Shown here piece by piece: positions 34,582 through 47,235 of a stretch of 55,605 nucleotides of DNA. The notes beneath the pieces are model-generated. The model worked only from the letters and a program-made list of their open reading frames with translations. It did not search any database and was not told the DNA's origin. Origin of the DNA: Neophaeotheca triangularis (lineage: Eukaryota); contig BAAIJX010000010.1 in assembly GCA_054600435.1 (NCBI GenBank), forward strand, positions 558,001-613,605, read 5' to 3'. Each line of letters starts with the position of its first letter. The first letter of the stretch is position 1. The translations under genes were made by a program, and so were the position numbers.

Positions 34582-35748
34582 GGGTTTTGGCCTTTTCCCA
34601 TCGTCTACCATGAGAATTCGGAACAGGACTCGAGGACAGCGTGGTCTTATATAAGGACCCACTCTGCCACACTCGTCCCCCTTCCGAAGCCCGATGTCAA
34701 GATGTCCCCAATAATTTTCGAGCCCTATTCCGGCAAGTCAGACGGACGCCCGCGCGAAACGTACAACGAGAGTCGGACACCACGCTCTCTCGCTCGGGGA
34801 AAGAGGCTACACGAATTGACGATCTGGACTTCACGGGGCACCATACCAGGCGCGAGTTTTTGTCATATGCCAATTAAACCTGCCACAGACCGCAGCCACG
34901 TAGACATTTCGGAATGGGGTCATTTCGTGATCAGGACGCATTTGGTAACAAAAACCTGGGAGCCGTTGTATGAGTACTGTAGATTATCAAGTGTATAGCC
35001 ATGATACAGAGACATCTTTAGAGACAAGAAGAAGCGAGAACTGTCTTGGCATGGGGCTACCTATGTTGCTCAAAAAATTCGCCCGACGGCTCCCACTCCC
35101 GGCTTTCCACTCGTACCTTCCCGTCAAGACACCTCCTTTCCACCTCCCTGGTTAATGATATCTCGAGAGGCATAGGCACCAGCTGTGGGACGGGGCGAGA
35201 CTGCGACAATAGTTCCGAGAGCGCGAAAGGCGTTGCTCTGATAACTGCTTCGTCTACCCCTCAGCCAGGGAAGCGTGAATTCGAGCCTAAGACAATTTCA
35301 AGAGGGCGTCAGATCAAAACCGTAATCACGTTGCGAAAGGTGAAAGAGCGGGGATTCAGTGAATGTTTTCATCATACCTTGCTGCCCACGTTCTCTTCGC
35401 TAACAATCGCTTTCGCAAGACATGTTCTTAGCACGCTCTAGCACGAAGCTCTTGAGACCTCGTTACAGTGCTATCTGTCCGGGACGACCATGCGCTGCCT
35501 TTTGTCTTTGATCACTTTAAGCTTTCTCTCCTGCTTTCAGCGCCGAGAAGCAGGGCCTGGTCGGTTCCTCCGCACTTGTTGCGAGTATCTGCCAGAGCTC
35601 TGAGAGTTCCTGTGCCTTGCTCGCGCGTTCTCGGGGGTGAATTCGACGACTTCGATCTTGTTCGTCATTTCGTCTGCAGTATCATCGGGTCAACAAAGCG
35701 TCCTTTTGACGTAGACAAACCACCAAAAAAAAATCCCGGAAAGGCATC

Positions 35749-36884
<1,136 letters not shown>

Positions 36885-37429
36885 TCAAGTGAAGCTGAAG
36901 TGTTTCAATGGCTCAAGAGAGGAGAGGCAAGGAGGGTTGGAGTTTGGGGATAGCTCCAGCTGAGCTAGGGAATCGTGATTGGCTACTAGTAACTAGTAGT
37001 CGAGAGACGCTAGCTGAGGGACGAAAAACACGGGCGATTGCATACATGCATGCATACAGTACATAGAAATGTACAAGGTTAGTATGTGTGGTAGATATCA
37101 CATACGTACATACTATGTAGTACCTGCTAGTAAGTGCTATTATCTACACACATAGTACCTAGGTGGCCTCTTCTCTCCAAACTGCTACATTGAGGCTGCT
37201 ACATAGTGACTAAACCTGGTCTATTGTCTGTGTCGCTCTTGGGGTAAGATAAGGTACCTTGGTTAAGGTAAAGGAGAGAGAGCATCCATGCGGCTTCAAT
37301 CCCCTTTGATCGTACCTTACCTTACCTTACCTTGTTGATTCAACTGCTTTCTTCCGTCTTGCCCACTTTCATTCTACCTTATCTATTCCTCCTCTTCCTT
37401 CGCCATATCTAAACCCTTCAACTTTAACA

Positions 37430-38664
37430 ATGTGCCGGTGGGTTATCTGTCAAACAGGTGCAAAGCTATTAGTACCTTACCTACACTGGCTCTGACAACC
37501 TCGCCCAGCTTCTTCGCCTACATTTCCTCCACAGAGCCTTGTCTCCTCCAAGACGTTTTGATAACGCCCAAACACTCCCTAGTCCATCAAGTCCACGATC
37601 ACTACCTACCAAAACTCCTCCCACACCTCCCAATCGATGCAACCAACCCAACAGCCGCCCATTCCATCGACGTCCGCAACCGCATCCTCAACATCGACGG
37701 CGTAGGAATAGTGTAGTACACTTTAACCAACTCCCTCTTCGTCCCTATCGATCCCAACGAACCCCCAACACTCCACCCCGCCCTCTACACATCCCTTCTG
37801 CCACCCCTCAACGACCGAAACTTCCGCTCTCTATGCGCCAACACCTCGACAACATGTCTGTTCGGCCACATACGCGCAGCAACAGCCACAGCAATCTCGC
37901 CCCTCAACAACCACCCTTTCGTTTTCGGCCGCCACAGCTTCATGCACAACGGCAGCGTTTCCGACTTCCCCAAACTCAAACACGCCCTCTGCTCACACAT
38001 GGGCGAGGAGAGCTACACGCATATCCAGGGCGGGACGGATTCGGAACACCTCGCTGCGCTGTACATGACGTATCTCACGCAAGACTATATCGGTCCGGAC
38101 AATGGTTTTGAACAGACTTACTCTACGCAAAGTATGCTCCACGCCCTCCGCCGCACGATATTCACCGTGCAAGAGCTCCAACAACAGCTCTTCGGCTCGG
38201 CGGCCCAGCCCAACAGCCTCAATCTCTGCACCACCGATGGCAGCAACATGTTGGCGATTCGTTATCGTAATTCTGCTGTCGAGCAGCCGCCGAGTCTCTA
38301 CTTCAGCACTGTTGCTAGTAGAGTGCTGAATGGGAGGTTCCCCAATTCTCCCAACCAAGGCTCGAGGACTGGTGGCGGAGGGGACCATGGCAAACATCTC
38401 ATTGTTGCGAGCGAGCCGAGCACGTATGTTGAGGGGGAGTGGGAGGTCGTCGGGAAGAACTGCTGGGTGGGTTTTGACGGTAACGATAGGCTTGTAGTGA
38501 GTGGGAGAGTGGAGGTCGAGAGTACACCGGAAGGAGAGAAGGTGACCGACTGGACAAAGTTCGTCCCGCCTGGGAACGAAGACATGAAGGGAGGCAATGG
38601 TTGGGTTTGGGATCAGAAGGAGGGGAGGTATGTTTGTCTGAGAGCCGAGAGGGAAGCGGACTGA
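37430..38664 (+). pseudogene. Class II glutamine amidotransferase (DUG3/EgtC-like) with one in-frame TAG at 37714-37716; exons 37430-37437 and 37509-38664
   Basis: MCR|FFAY across intron 37438-37508, NIDGVGIV*YT, GHIRAAT, NNHPFVFGRHSFMHNG, GTDSE, SLNL, VASEP. The frame is otherwise intact. Confidence 0.8.
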
Positions 38665-39089
38665 GGGTGATGCGTGAGGGGGTGATGAATGGTGCGCGTA
38701 TTTATTCCTTCTTCACCTAGATGTTGCCTCGTACCTGATATGGATAGTGTTTTCGTTGCGGATGAGACGAGTGCTCTTTTTCTTTGCGTCGGTAGGCCTC
38801 TGATGAGAGGCAACCACGTGTTCATGTATCAACTGATATTCAGCTCCATGAACACACGAGAAGCTAAACCATTATCAGCATTATCAACACTTGGATGTCG
38901 TGGTCTTTATCGATGCAAGTACGTATATATATCTCCTCACCCCCCTACTCGCTGTCGGGAGCATACCAAGCGGAAGAACCCCGGCGAAACCCGAAGCTTC
39001 ATCTGAACTTCAGCACTTCGCTCGACGACCAAACCACCGCCGCAACCCGCCCCGTAAGGCCCCTCCTCCCAACGACAGCAAGCACAATA

Positions 39090-40156
39090 ATGGCGCACCC
39101 ACGAACCTGTTCAAGTCGCCTCGCAACGCCCCTCTCCTCCCTCCTCCGCGCCTCCCAAACGACCCAACGCGCACACCTCCCGCCAGCCTTCCTCCTTCCT
39201 TTCTCCTCCGCACAATCACAACAGACCCGCGGCGCGGCACAATCGGCAAATGCTCTCAAATATAAGCGCCGCGACCAGCCGAAGAGTATGCAGAAGAAGA
39301 AGAAGAAGGGTCGAACGACGTATCCGATGCCAAATATGAAGGACGCTTTGCAATTCAGTTTAGTGGATGCTATGAGGTGAGCCTTCTTCCTCTTTCCCTA
39401 CGGCGGAGTCGGCAGAGCGTGAGGCTCCTAAGGGCATTGAAAAAGAGTAAATAATCTGAGAGAAATATCCCGCTAATCAATCCATTTTCGCTATCTATCA
39501 GATACCTCCGCGCAGCAGAAGTCGGCCGCGCCCCTACCTCGTCCAAGTACGAAGTGCACCTCCGCCTGCGCACGCCCAAAAACGGCGCCGTCGTCCGCAA
39601 CCGGCTCCGCCTCCCCCACCCGGTGAAAGACTTGCGGATCTGTGTAATCGCTGCTCCCGATAGCGCGCACGCCAAAGCCGCGCGCTCAGCTGGCGCGAGT
39701 GTCGTGGGAGAGGATCAAGTCTTTGACGATATCAAAGACGGCAAGATTGACTTTGAGCGCTGCTTGTGCCATCAGGACAGTCTGGCGAAATTGAGCAAGA
39801 GCGGCGTTGCGCGCATCTTGGGACCGAGGGGGCTCATGCCTTCGGCGAAAACGGGGACCGTGGTTAAGGATGTGAGTACTGCTGTCAGCGCCATGGTCGG
39901 CGCTAGTGAGTACCGTGAGCGGATGGGAGTGGTGAGGATGGCGGTTGGACAGTTGGGCTACACGCCCGAGCAGATGCAGAGGAATATCCGTAGTTTTGTT
40001 GAGTCGGTCAAGAGGGATATTGCGGGCTTGAGTGATAGGATTAGTAAGGATGTTCTTGAGGTTGTGTTGAGTTCGACGAACGGGCCTGGGTTGAGTTTGA
40101 GTGGGGACTTGAGGAGCCAAGGGAGTGTGAACATTAGAGATGTTAGTACGCAATAA
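39090..40156 (+). CDS. MRPL1: Mitochondrial ribosomal protein uL1m; exons 39090-39376 and 39502-40156
   Basis: Arg/Ser-rich presequence. FSLVDAMR|YLRAAEVG across intron 39377-39501. RLPHP, ARILGPRGLMPSAKTGTV, VVLSSTNGPG. Confidence 0.92.
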
Positions 40157-40382
40157 GGTCGAGGGATGGGAGTGATGGCGTACTTTTTGTACTTCGCAAG
40201 GGAAAGGTTTGGGTTGAAGGGGAGCTGTTGTATCAACATGTATGTACAAATACTTGTCCAGATGGAGGGGTTGTACACGCTCTATACAGAATCTACACAT
40301 CATCTCAGGCATAATCTTCATCAATATGACCATTTATACACCGTCTTTCCGCATATCCATGCCATTTTGAATAAAACACTTG

Positions 40383-41690
40383 CTACATCTTACTCTCCCC
40401 ACCCACCAACCCCCCAACAACCGAACTCATAAGCTGATTAGCAATAGCCGTGGTCGGCGGCAACCTCAGCCCACCCTCCTTATACTCGGGCCCAGCATCC
40501 TCCCCTAACCCGCTTGTTCCCACCCGCAAAGCCTCCCTCACCTCCTCAAAAGAATACCACCGCGCATCCAGCAACTCGGGATCATTCCCCAAATCAATCT
40601 CCTCCTTGCCCGGCAGCGTCTGCCCGATGGCTCCCACCATGAGGTTCGCGGGATACGGCCAGGGCTGCGTGGAGTGGATGATGACACGGCCGACGTGCAC
40701 GCCCGCTTCTTCGTACACCTCGCGCCGGACGGCTTCTTCGATGCTCTCGGCGGGTTCGCAGAAGCCCGCCAGAGTGGAGTACCAGTGGGGTGGGAAGCGT
40801 TTGCCGCGTCCGAGTAGGATGGCGGAGGAGCTGCTGTTGATGATGGCCATGATGACCGTGGGGTCTGTGCGAGGGAACGAGAGGTTGGAGACGCCTTTGC
40901 GGGTCGCGCAGGGCGGGCGCTCAGTAGGGTCGCCGGTCGGGGGTTGGGTGGACGGGTTGGTGGGGAGAGCGGTTCCGACGTTGCGGCCCCGGAGGCTGGC
41001 ATCGCGTGGTGGGCAGGTGCGCTTGAAACCCCCGTTGGTGGACATGGTGGGGTGCCCGCATTGCGCGCAGAAGGGGTTGCGCGCGTTCCAATCGAGGAGT
41101 TGGCGTGCTTCGGCGTAGATTGCCGCGTCGGGGGCTTCGAGGTCCATGACGCGGCCTTGTGCGAATTCGAGACCGGACTCGGAGGTCGCTTTGGAGATGA
41201 GGGCGTTGGCGGCGTCGGTCAGGGGGGCTCGCGGGGTGACGTCCACGGCAAAGTGCGGCGCCCCAGAATATTTGTTTTTGCCGTGGTATGTGAGGCCTTG
41301 GGGGTTCTTCTCGTCGATGCCGAGGAAGATGATTTGCGGGACCGTTTTGGCGCTGTCGTAGGCCGCGACGATTTCCTCTTCAGATTGCGCGTAGGGGTCT
41401 TGGCCTATCAGGCTCTTGATCATGTCGTGTTTGACCCAGTGGAGTTTGGGCCATTGTGTTTGGTTTGCTTTGGACGTGCGGACGAGCGGTTGCAGCTCGT
41501 TGCAGAGGAGGAAGTTGGTCGACGGGTGGCGCAGGGCTTGCGAGAGGAAGCTGTGGTCACTGCGAAGGAATCCTAGACGATTCAGGGGTGATCCGGCGAA
41601 GTAGTTTGTTACTTCTTTGCCAAACTTGCGCGTCAACATTGAGTCGTCGGCTCCTTCGGGCTGCTCGGGGAGGGCGGGTTGAGGGGGCAT
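40383..41690 (-). CDS. NPY1: NADH pyrophosphatase (NudC family Nudix), probably peroxisomal
   Basis: FCAQCG, FPRTDPTVIM, Nudix box AGFCEPAESIEEAVRREVYEEAG, TQPWPYP, C-terminal SKM (PTS1-like). Confidence 0.92.
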   Translation of the reverse strand: MPPQPALPEQPEGADDSMLTRKFGKEVTNYFAGSPLNRLGFLRSDHSFLSQALRHPSTNFLLCNELQPLVRTSKANQTQWPKLHWVKHDMIKSLIGQDPYAQSEEEIVAAYDSAKTVPQIIFLGIDEKNPQGLTYHGKNKYSGAPHFAVDVTPRAPLTDAANALISKATSESGLEFAQGRVMDLEAPDAAIYAEARQLLDWNARNPFCAQCGHPTMSTNGGFKRTCPPRDASLRGRNVGTALPTNPSTQPPTGDPTERPPCATRKGVSNLSFPRTDPTVIMAIINSSSSAILLGRGKRFPPHWYSTLAGFCEPAESIEEAVRREVYEEAGVHVGRVIIHSTQPWPYPANLMVGAIGQTLPGKEEIDLGNDPELLDARWYSFEEVREALRVGTSGLGEDAGPEYKEGGLRLPPTTAIANQLMSSVVGGLVGGESKM

Positions 41691-42060
41691 TGTTTTGTAT
41701 GGGAGAGGGAGGGAGTGTCTATTCACGCAGCCATGTGCGTTTTACTGTACGGGTGTATAGGATGTAGTATTGGTGATGTTAGATGTATGAGGTGAAAAGG
41801 TAGGTAGGTACCTTGCCTTAACGCTCTTGTAAGGTCGTCATTGGTAATCGCCATGTCCCGAGTCGGCTAACTCATCGGGTTATGCAACGTCATTATCGGC
41901 ATCTCGCATCACACGAGTCAGGGCGCACATCTGCCACGAGGCTTAAGCGCAATGCTTGAGTCGAGCCCAAACCTTCACCTCATCCCCGTCCACGTGGCTG
42001 TCCTCTAACCCACCAGATCACACCAATCCGCCATACACACCACCCGCCGTCAAGCAAACA

Positions 42061-42927
42061 ATGTCAACAACCACCCTCCCAACCCGCCCTCGCGCCTCTC
42101 CACCCCAATCTCCCACCACCACCACCACCACCTCAGACGACGAAGACGACTACACCACCCTCCCCTACCCACAACCCCTCTCCCGCAGCGACTTCCTCTC
42201 CCCGGATTTCAACCCAACAATCTACCTCCAAACCCTGCACAACCGCCACCAAACCCTCGAAGATCTGCGCACGGAGCTCCGCCAACGCTCCACGCAAATC
42301 ACCCGCGAATTGCTCGACCTGGTGAATAACGAGTACGAAGACTTTGTGTCGTTGGGAGCGGACTTGAAGGGCGGGGGCGAGAGAGTCGAGGGCGTGAGAG
42401 TGGGGTGTCTTGGCTTTGGGAGGGAGGTTGAGGGGTTGAGGGATTTGGTTGGCGAGAGGGCTGGGGAGGTTGGTGGGTTGGCTGAGGAGAGGAGGGGGGT
42501 GCTTGGGGAGGTTCAGCTGGGGAGGGGGTTGTTGGAGGTTGAAGAGAGGGTGGGGGAGATGGAGGAGGAGCTTGGGATTGGCGGGGTGGGGAGGGCTGAG
42601 GGGGAGGAGGTGTTGGACGATAGTGAGGAGGATGAGGAGGAGGGGTTGGAAGGGGAATCTGGAGCGTTGAGGGGGTTAGGGAGGCAGGCTGAGAGGCTCC
42701 TGCTTATTACCAGGTTGATTGAGAGGTTGGGGCCCGAACACCCTTTCCTGCAATCTGTGAAGCCGAGGGTGGAGCAGTTGAGGAAGACATTGCTTTTGAA
42801 TCTGGCTTCTGCTCTTCGATCGGCAAAGACAGCGGGGGCTAGTGGAGTGATTATGGGTTTGTTGAAGCTATATGCTGATCTCGGGGCTGAGAAAGAGAGC
42901 GTGCGGGTGCTGAAAGGAGGAGGTTGA
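42061..42927 (+). CDS. COG2: Conserved oligomeric Golgi complex subunit 2
   Basis: PLSRSDFLSPDFNP..YL...NRHQTLEDLR.EL...LLDLVNNEYEDFVSLG..L.GG. Confidence 0.88.
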   Translation: MSTTTLPTRPRASPPQSPTTTTTTSDDEDDYTTLPYPQPLSRSDFLSPDFNPTIYLQTLHNRHQTLEDLRTELRQRSTQITRELLDLVNNEYEDFVSLGADLKGGGERVEGVRVGCLGFGREVEGLRDLVGERAGEVGGLAEERRGVLGEVQLGRGLLEVEERVGEMEEELGIGGVGRAEGEEVLDDSEEDEEEGLEGESGALRGLGRQAERLLLITRLIERLGPEHPFLQSVKPRVEQLRKTLLLNLASALRSAKTAGASGVIMGLLKLYADLGAEKESVRVLKGGG

Positions 42928-43611
42928 GATTGAATCACACGAAATGCAGAATATCACCCTACGCTAGGGCGCCCGTGAGAATCAGGTCGGCCGGTCGTCC
43001 ACGCGAGCTTCCAATTTAAAATCCTCGCTGGATGTGACCGAGCATATCGGTCAGGACAGTGCGAAGGACTGCTACAGTTAAAGCATTTCGGCTCGCCTTG
43101 CTCCAGCTCAATTGCCCGAGGGGCGCCCCTTACACCTGGGCGTTTCTCGCCTTTCGATCGCAAGCTCTCTGATGCAACAGTCTGGCTTACGGAGCTATTG
43201 TCCATAAGCCTCTAAAAGGTATCGACCAGACTGGGATCGCAAAACGGTCGCTTTTCCAGCCGATACCAGCGGACAGGGAAAGATCATTGAAATGACGGGG
43301 AGTCAGACGCTGTAGCATGAAGCTTCGGGGTATTTTGGCGGAAATCGGAAAAGACTCGAGAGCCATACGAGAGCATGCACAGCTTGCACCGTCGTTGGGG
43401 CTCACGACCTTGTCCAATGGCCTTCCTTGCACGCTGCGACGGGGCGACATCGCGGGGCGAGGACGTGAGAAGTAGAACATGCAGAGCCACTTGATTCGTA
43501 ACTACGTAAAGAGCTCTCCATCTGTCACTGACAAGCAAACACACTTCATCCCATCTCTCCCATCTCCCCCTTTTTGTTTTTCGTCAAATCATCGTCTAAA
43601 TATTGCCCATC

Positions 43612-45546
43612 CTACTTCCCCAAGCCCTTGCCAGTCGGGATACCAAAAGCCACAGCCGGCTCACCATGCCTAGCAGGCTTATCAATACGGTAGAAGCCCT
43701 TGCGATCAAACTGCACGATCCTGCCTTCCTCAAGCGCTGCCACGTTACAGTCGGCAACACACTCCGTCTTAATCTCGGTCACGGGGTTGAGGAAAGCTTC
43801 GAAATCATCCTCATCCAGCAACTTGTCCTTGGTGAGCAGGTAGTCGAACTCAATGAGAGTGAGGGGCGTGAGATCTTGGTCCGCTGAGAGCCAGGTGACT
43901 TTCTTTTTGGTGGTTTTGACGTCGCCCTGCAAGTGGAGTTCGAGTTCTAGCTCGGTCACTTTGCGGGGTTCACCTGTCATGACTGAGGCCGCGACGTTGA
44001 GGGGAGACAATGATTCGTGCTTCTTGCGTACGATGGCGTTGCCCCAATTCATGAGGGTGACTTCCTCGTCTTGGGCGAAAGAGGCGGCGTCGGCTTGATC
44101 GAGCAGGATGGTGGGGGAGTAAAAGACCTTTTTCTTGCCGAGGGCGGTGTTTTTTGCGTGCACATCTTTTTCTTCGTGGTAGGGGGTTTGAGGTGCGCCG
44201 GTCACGGTGCAGCGGACTTGGTCGGTCTTCTCGACAGCGGTGTAGCGGGCCGCGGTGGGGTCGATGTATTTCTTGTTGGTGGCCCAGAAGGCGGCCCAAT
44301 CCATCAAGGTGATGTTCTTGGAAGGGCCTTGCTTGATGATGAACTCTTGCAGGGCTTCGACAGTCATGCCTCTGCGACGGATTCCGCGGACCGTGGGCAT
44401 GCGCGGGTCGTCCCATCCCCAGACTTTGCCGTTGTCGACAACTTTGGTCAGTTTGCGCTTGGAGAGGAAGGTCTTGATGAAGGCCATGCGGGAGAAGTTC
44501 CAATTGTGAACGCGACGGAGGTCGAGGGCCGTCAGGAACCATTGGTATTGGGGGTCGCGATCGTTGTATTCGGTGGTACGCAGGGCGTGGGTAATGCCCT
44601 CCAGGCTGTCGACAATGGGGCAGGCGAAGTCGTAGGTGGGGTAAATCTTCCAGGTGTCGCCAGTGCGGTGGTGGGAGGCGGGGTTGCAGCGGTACATGAC
44701 GGGGTCGCGCATGGCGCCGTTAAGGTCGGCCATGTTGATCTTGGCCCGAATATACCATTTGGTGCCCTCCTCCGTACCCTTTTTCATCTCTTCAAAGTGG
44801 TCCAGGCTGTCTTGGATGCTGTCGTTGCGGTGGGAGGACTCAATCTTGGCCATGCGCTCATCACGAAGTTGCTCTTGAGGGGTGTTGTCGGCGTAGGCTT
44901 TGCCCTTCTTGATCATCTCAATGCACTGTTCGTAGAGACCTTGGAAGTAGTCGCTAGTGTGGGTGACCCGGTCCGGCTTCACACCCAGCAGCTCCAGATC
45001 GTAGACGATGGAGTCTTGGAACTCTTGCTTCTCCTTGGTCGGGTTGGTGTCGTCGAATCGTAATATCATGGTACCATTGTACTTTTTGTGGGCAAAGTAG
45101 TCGTTGAGCAAGGCTGCCTTGGCGTGTCCAATGTGGAGGTATCCTGACGGCTCCGGTGGGAACCTCGTAACGACACCTTTGTCCGTATCTGGCAAGTTGA
45201 TCTCAAAACTTCCTCCATCATCTTGCGCCGCCTTCTTCGTCTTGGTCTTCTCTTCGGCCGGTCTGGTGGGCAGATCCAGCGTGGGCGCGGCTGTGTCCTC
45301 GATGAAGCTGAACCAGCGCGACAAGTTGACCATGAGGTTTTGTTTAATGTACGATGCCGCCACCCGGTTGCCTCTCAGCGTCTTCCATACTGTCAAGTCG
45401 GCGTCGGTGAGGTCGTAGCCCACAATGTACGAGCGGAGAGTGAGGTGCGCGTCCAGCTCGCCCAAATGCGGTTCGATTTGCTTGAGATTGAGGGGCTTCA
45501 GGGCCTCGGCACGATCTTGCCATTCTTTGATCTGCTGTTCGGCCAT
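43612..45546 (-). CDS. GUS1: Cytosolic glutamyl-tRNA synthetase
   Basis: TRFPPEPSGYLHIGH, RFDDTNP, YPTYDFACP, LSKRKL, WDDPRMPT. A probable 5' intron at 45572-45630 contains a (GA)n tract. Confidence 0.95.
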   Translation of the reverse strand: MAEQQIKEWQDRAEALKPLNLKQIEPHLGELDAHLTLRSYIVGYDLTDADLTVWKTLRGNRVAASYIKQNLMVNLSRWFSFIEDTAAPTLDLPTRPAEEKTKTKKAAQDDGGSFEINLPDTDKGVVTRFPPEPSGYLHIGHAKAALLNDYFAHKKYNGTMILRFDDTNPTKEKQEFQDSIVYDLELLGVKPDRVTHTSDYFQGLYEQCIEMIKKGKAYADNTPQEQLRDERMAKIESSHRNDSIQDSLDHFEEMKKGTEEGTKWYIRAKINMADLNGAMRDPVMYRCNPASHHRTGDTWKIYPTYDFACPIVDSLEGITHALRTTEYNDRDPQYQWFLTALDLRRVHNWNFSRMAFIKTFLSKRKLTKVVDNGKVWGWDDPRMPTVRGIRRRGMTVEALQEFIIKQGPSKNITLMDWAAFWATNKKYIDPTAARYTAVEKTDQVRCTVTGAPQTPYHEEKDVHAKNTALGKKKVFYSPTILLDQADAASFAQDEEVTLMNWGNAIVRKKHESLSPLNVAASVMTGEPRKVTELELELHLQGDVKTTKKKVTWLSADQDLTPLTLIEFDYLLTKDKLLDEDDFEAFLNPVTEIKTECVADCNVAALEEGRIVQFDRKGFYRIDKPARHGEPAVAFGIPTGKGLGK

Positions 45547-46606
45547 GTTGGTGTTGTTCAGGGCGGTATAGCTGATTGAAGATGAAAACGAGAGGGAGAG
45601 AGAGAGAGAGAGTGGGTATTTCAGTCATACCCAGCTACAAAAAGCCCGCGGGTCCCTCCAGCAAGACGCACGTGCCACCATAAATAGATAGCTGGAGATA
45701 TGCGAGGGGAGGGGCAATTCCAACATAACTACACTATGTACCTTACCTTACCTATAATGTACCTCCCATATACCGTACACATCGGCGGACAGGTAGCACA
45801 AACATTTCAATGCTTACTGTACGTATGTAGGTGGATGACTATACACCAAACGCCTTTAGACGCGATAAAACGCAATTACACCCAGCATAATCAGACTAGT
45901 CTAACGGAAGACCCCCCCATCAATCTCCCCGCGCCTGCTCCTACGTAGAGTCGGCAGGGTAGAGGTGGTAGCAGTACGGTTGGAAACGGCCGGTGACACA
46001 GCTGCCATGAGCGAGGTCGAAGAGAATCAGAGCGCGTAAGTCTGTGTTAGGTCCCAAGGGCTCCTTGAATGCGAGGACCTCGTCTTAGAGGAAGGCCGAC
46101 TGGTGCTGCCACAAACCTGGGGAAGAGAGTGAGACGAGCTCATCAGCATGAAGAATGTTATTGTTGACTCGTCGCCGACTGGCAGTGGCATCTACTATCG
46201 CTGCCTGGTACATCGTCACGGGACCACGGAGCAAGTCAGGACGCGCCTTACGAGCAGGGGCTATGGTGGACGAGTGGAGGCGAGTGATGTGACAGCTCGA
46301 AGTGAATGGACAAGGAGGCACGCAGACGAGGAGAGCGCTGAGCAGAGTGGAACGGAGCACGAGGACGGTAAGATGACCGATTGAAAGGAGCACAGCAGCG
46401 TTGACACAGGCACTGATGAATGGTGTCTTCCATGCTTACCTACAGTGGACGACCTGTCATGCCTAGTCGCACACCGACAAGCTGGTCACCTCGTGTCCGG
46501 AACCCTCTGGCATTCTTCCCATGGACTCGCAATAACATACATCGCTACTACTACTCACCTTCCAAAAGCTAACTACATCCTATTGGCTCGCTCCCATTTG
46601 CAAATT

Positions 46607-46615
46607 TTATCTGAT
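46607..46615 (-). promoter_or_regulatory. SreA-type iron-repression GATA site (ATCWGATAA)
   Basis: TTATCTGAT is the reverse complement of ATCAGATAA, about 620 bp upstream of the siderophore transporter. Confidence 0.65.
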
Positions 46616-46939
46616 CGAGACCCGGGCTCTCTAGGGGCACGTGAACCTGCACTGACTCGGAAAGCAAAAGCAAGGGTATAAGCTTCCGAACAAGCACGCC
46701 ACGTGCACACGCTTGGGAAGTCTTGATCGGGATTCGCGCCTCGGGGCTTACCTCACTCCACCTTCGCGTGGGATTCCCCATTCGTTACGCCTACCTAGCT
46801 CTAGGTACAGGTAGCGACAGACACATGCATGGGTATTTCTTACCACATCTGATGATGGTCTTACTAGGGCTCCGCTGGCTGCCCTAATACCTCGCTGACC
46901 TTGCTGACATTGCCAATGGCCCGAGACCGGACTCTCATC

Positions 46940-46948
46940 TTATCAGAT
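46940..46948 (-). promoter_or_regulatory. SreA-type iron-repression GATA site (ATCWGATAA)
   Basis: TTATCAGAT is the reverse complement of ATCTGATAA, about 80 bp upstream of TATAA (47028). Confidence 0.7.
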
Positions 46949-47235
46949 CCACTTGTCCACTCAACGATTCTACGCGCAGTTCCTTTGCCTGCAATGCCCG
47001 CGCTACAGTACATTGATGCTATGGAAGTATAAGAGCGGGAAAATGTTTGTCTTTCCATCTTATCTCTTCCATCTCGAAAAGCATCACTCACCCCTACCCC
47101 CCTACCGTCACTAAATTCGGACCGGATTGGTCGCTGATTTTCGAGAGTAGCGGTCCGATTTCAGTGTCGGCTACTTGCCCTACTTTGTATCTACTATATC
47201 TAGAGACTCCCTCCCGTCGGTCTTTGTCAACCGAC

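Noticed and set aside
44017..45063. Long antisense ORFs opposite GluRS, and similarly opposite ERG7 (22285-23988), SWA2, the kinase (33625-34662), NPY1 and MRPL1
   Set aside because: They are shadows of GC-rich, codon-biased genes on the other strand and carry no family motifs.
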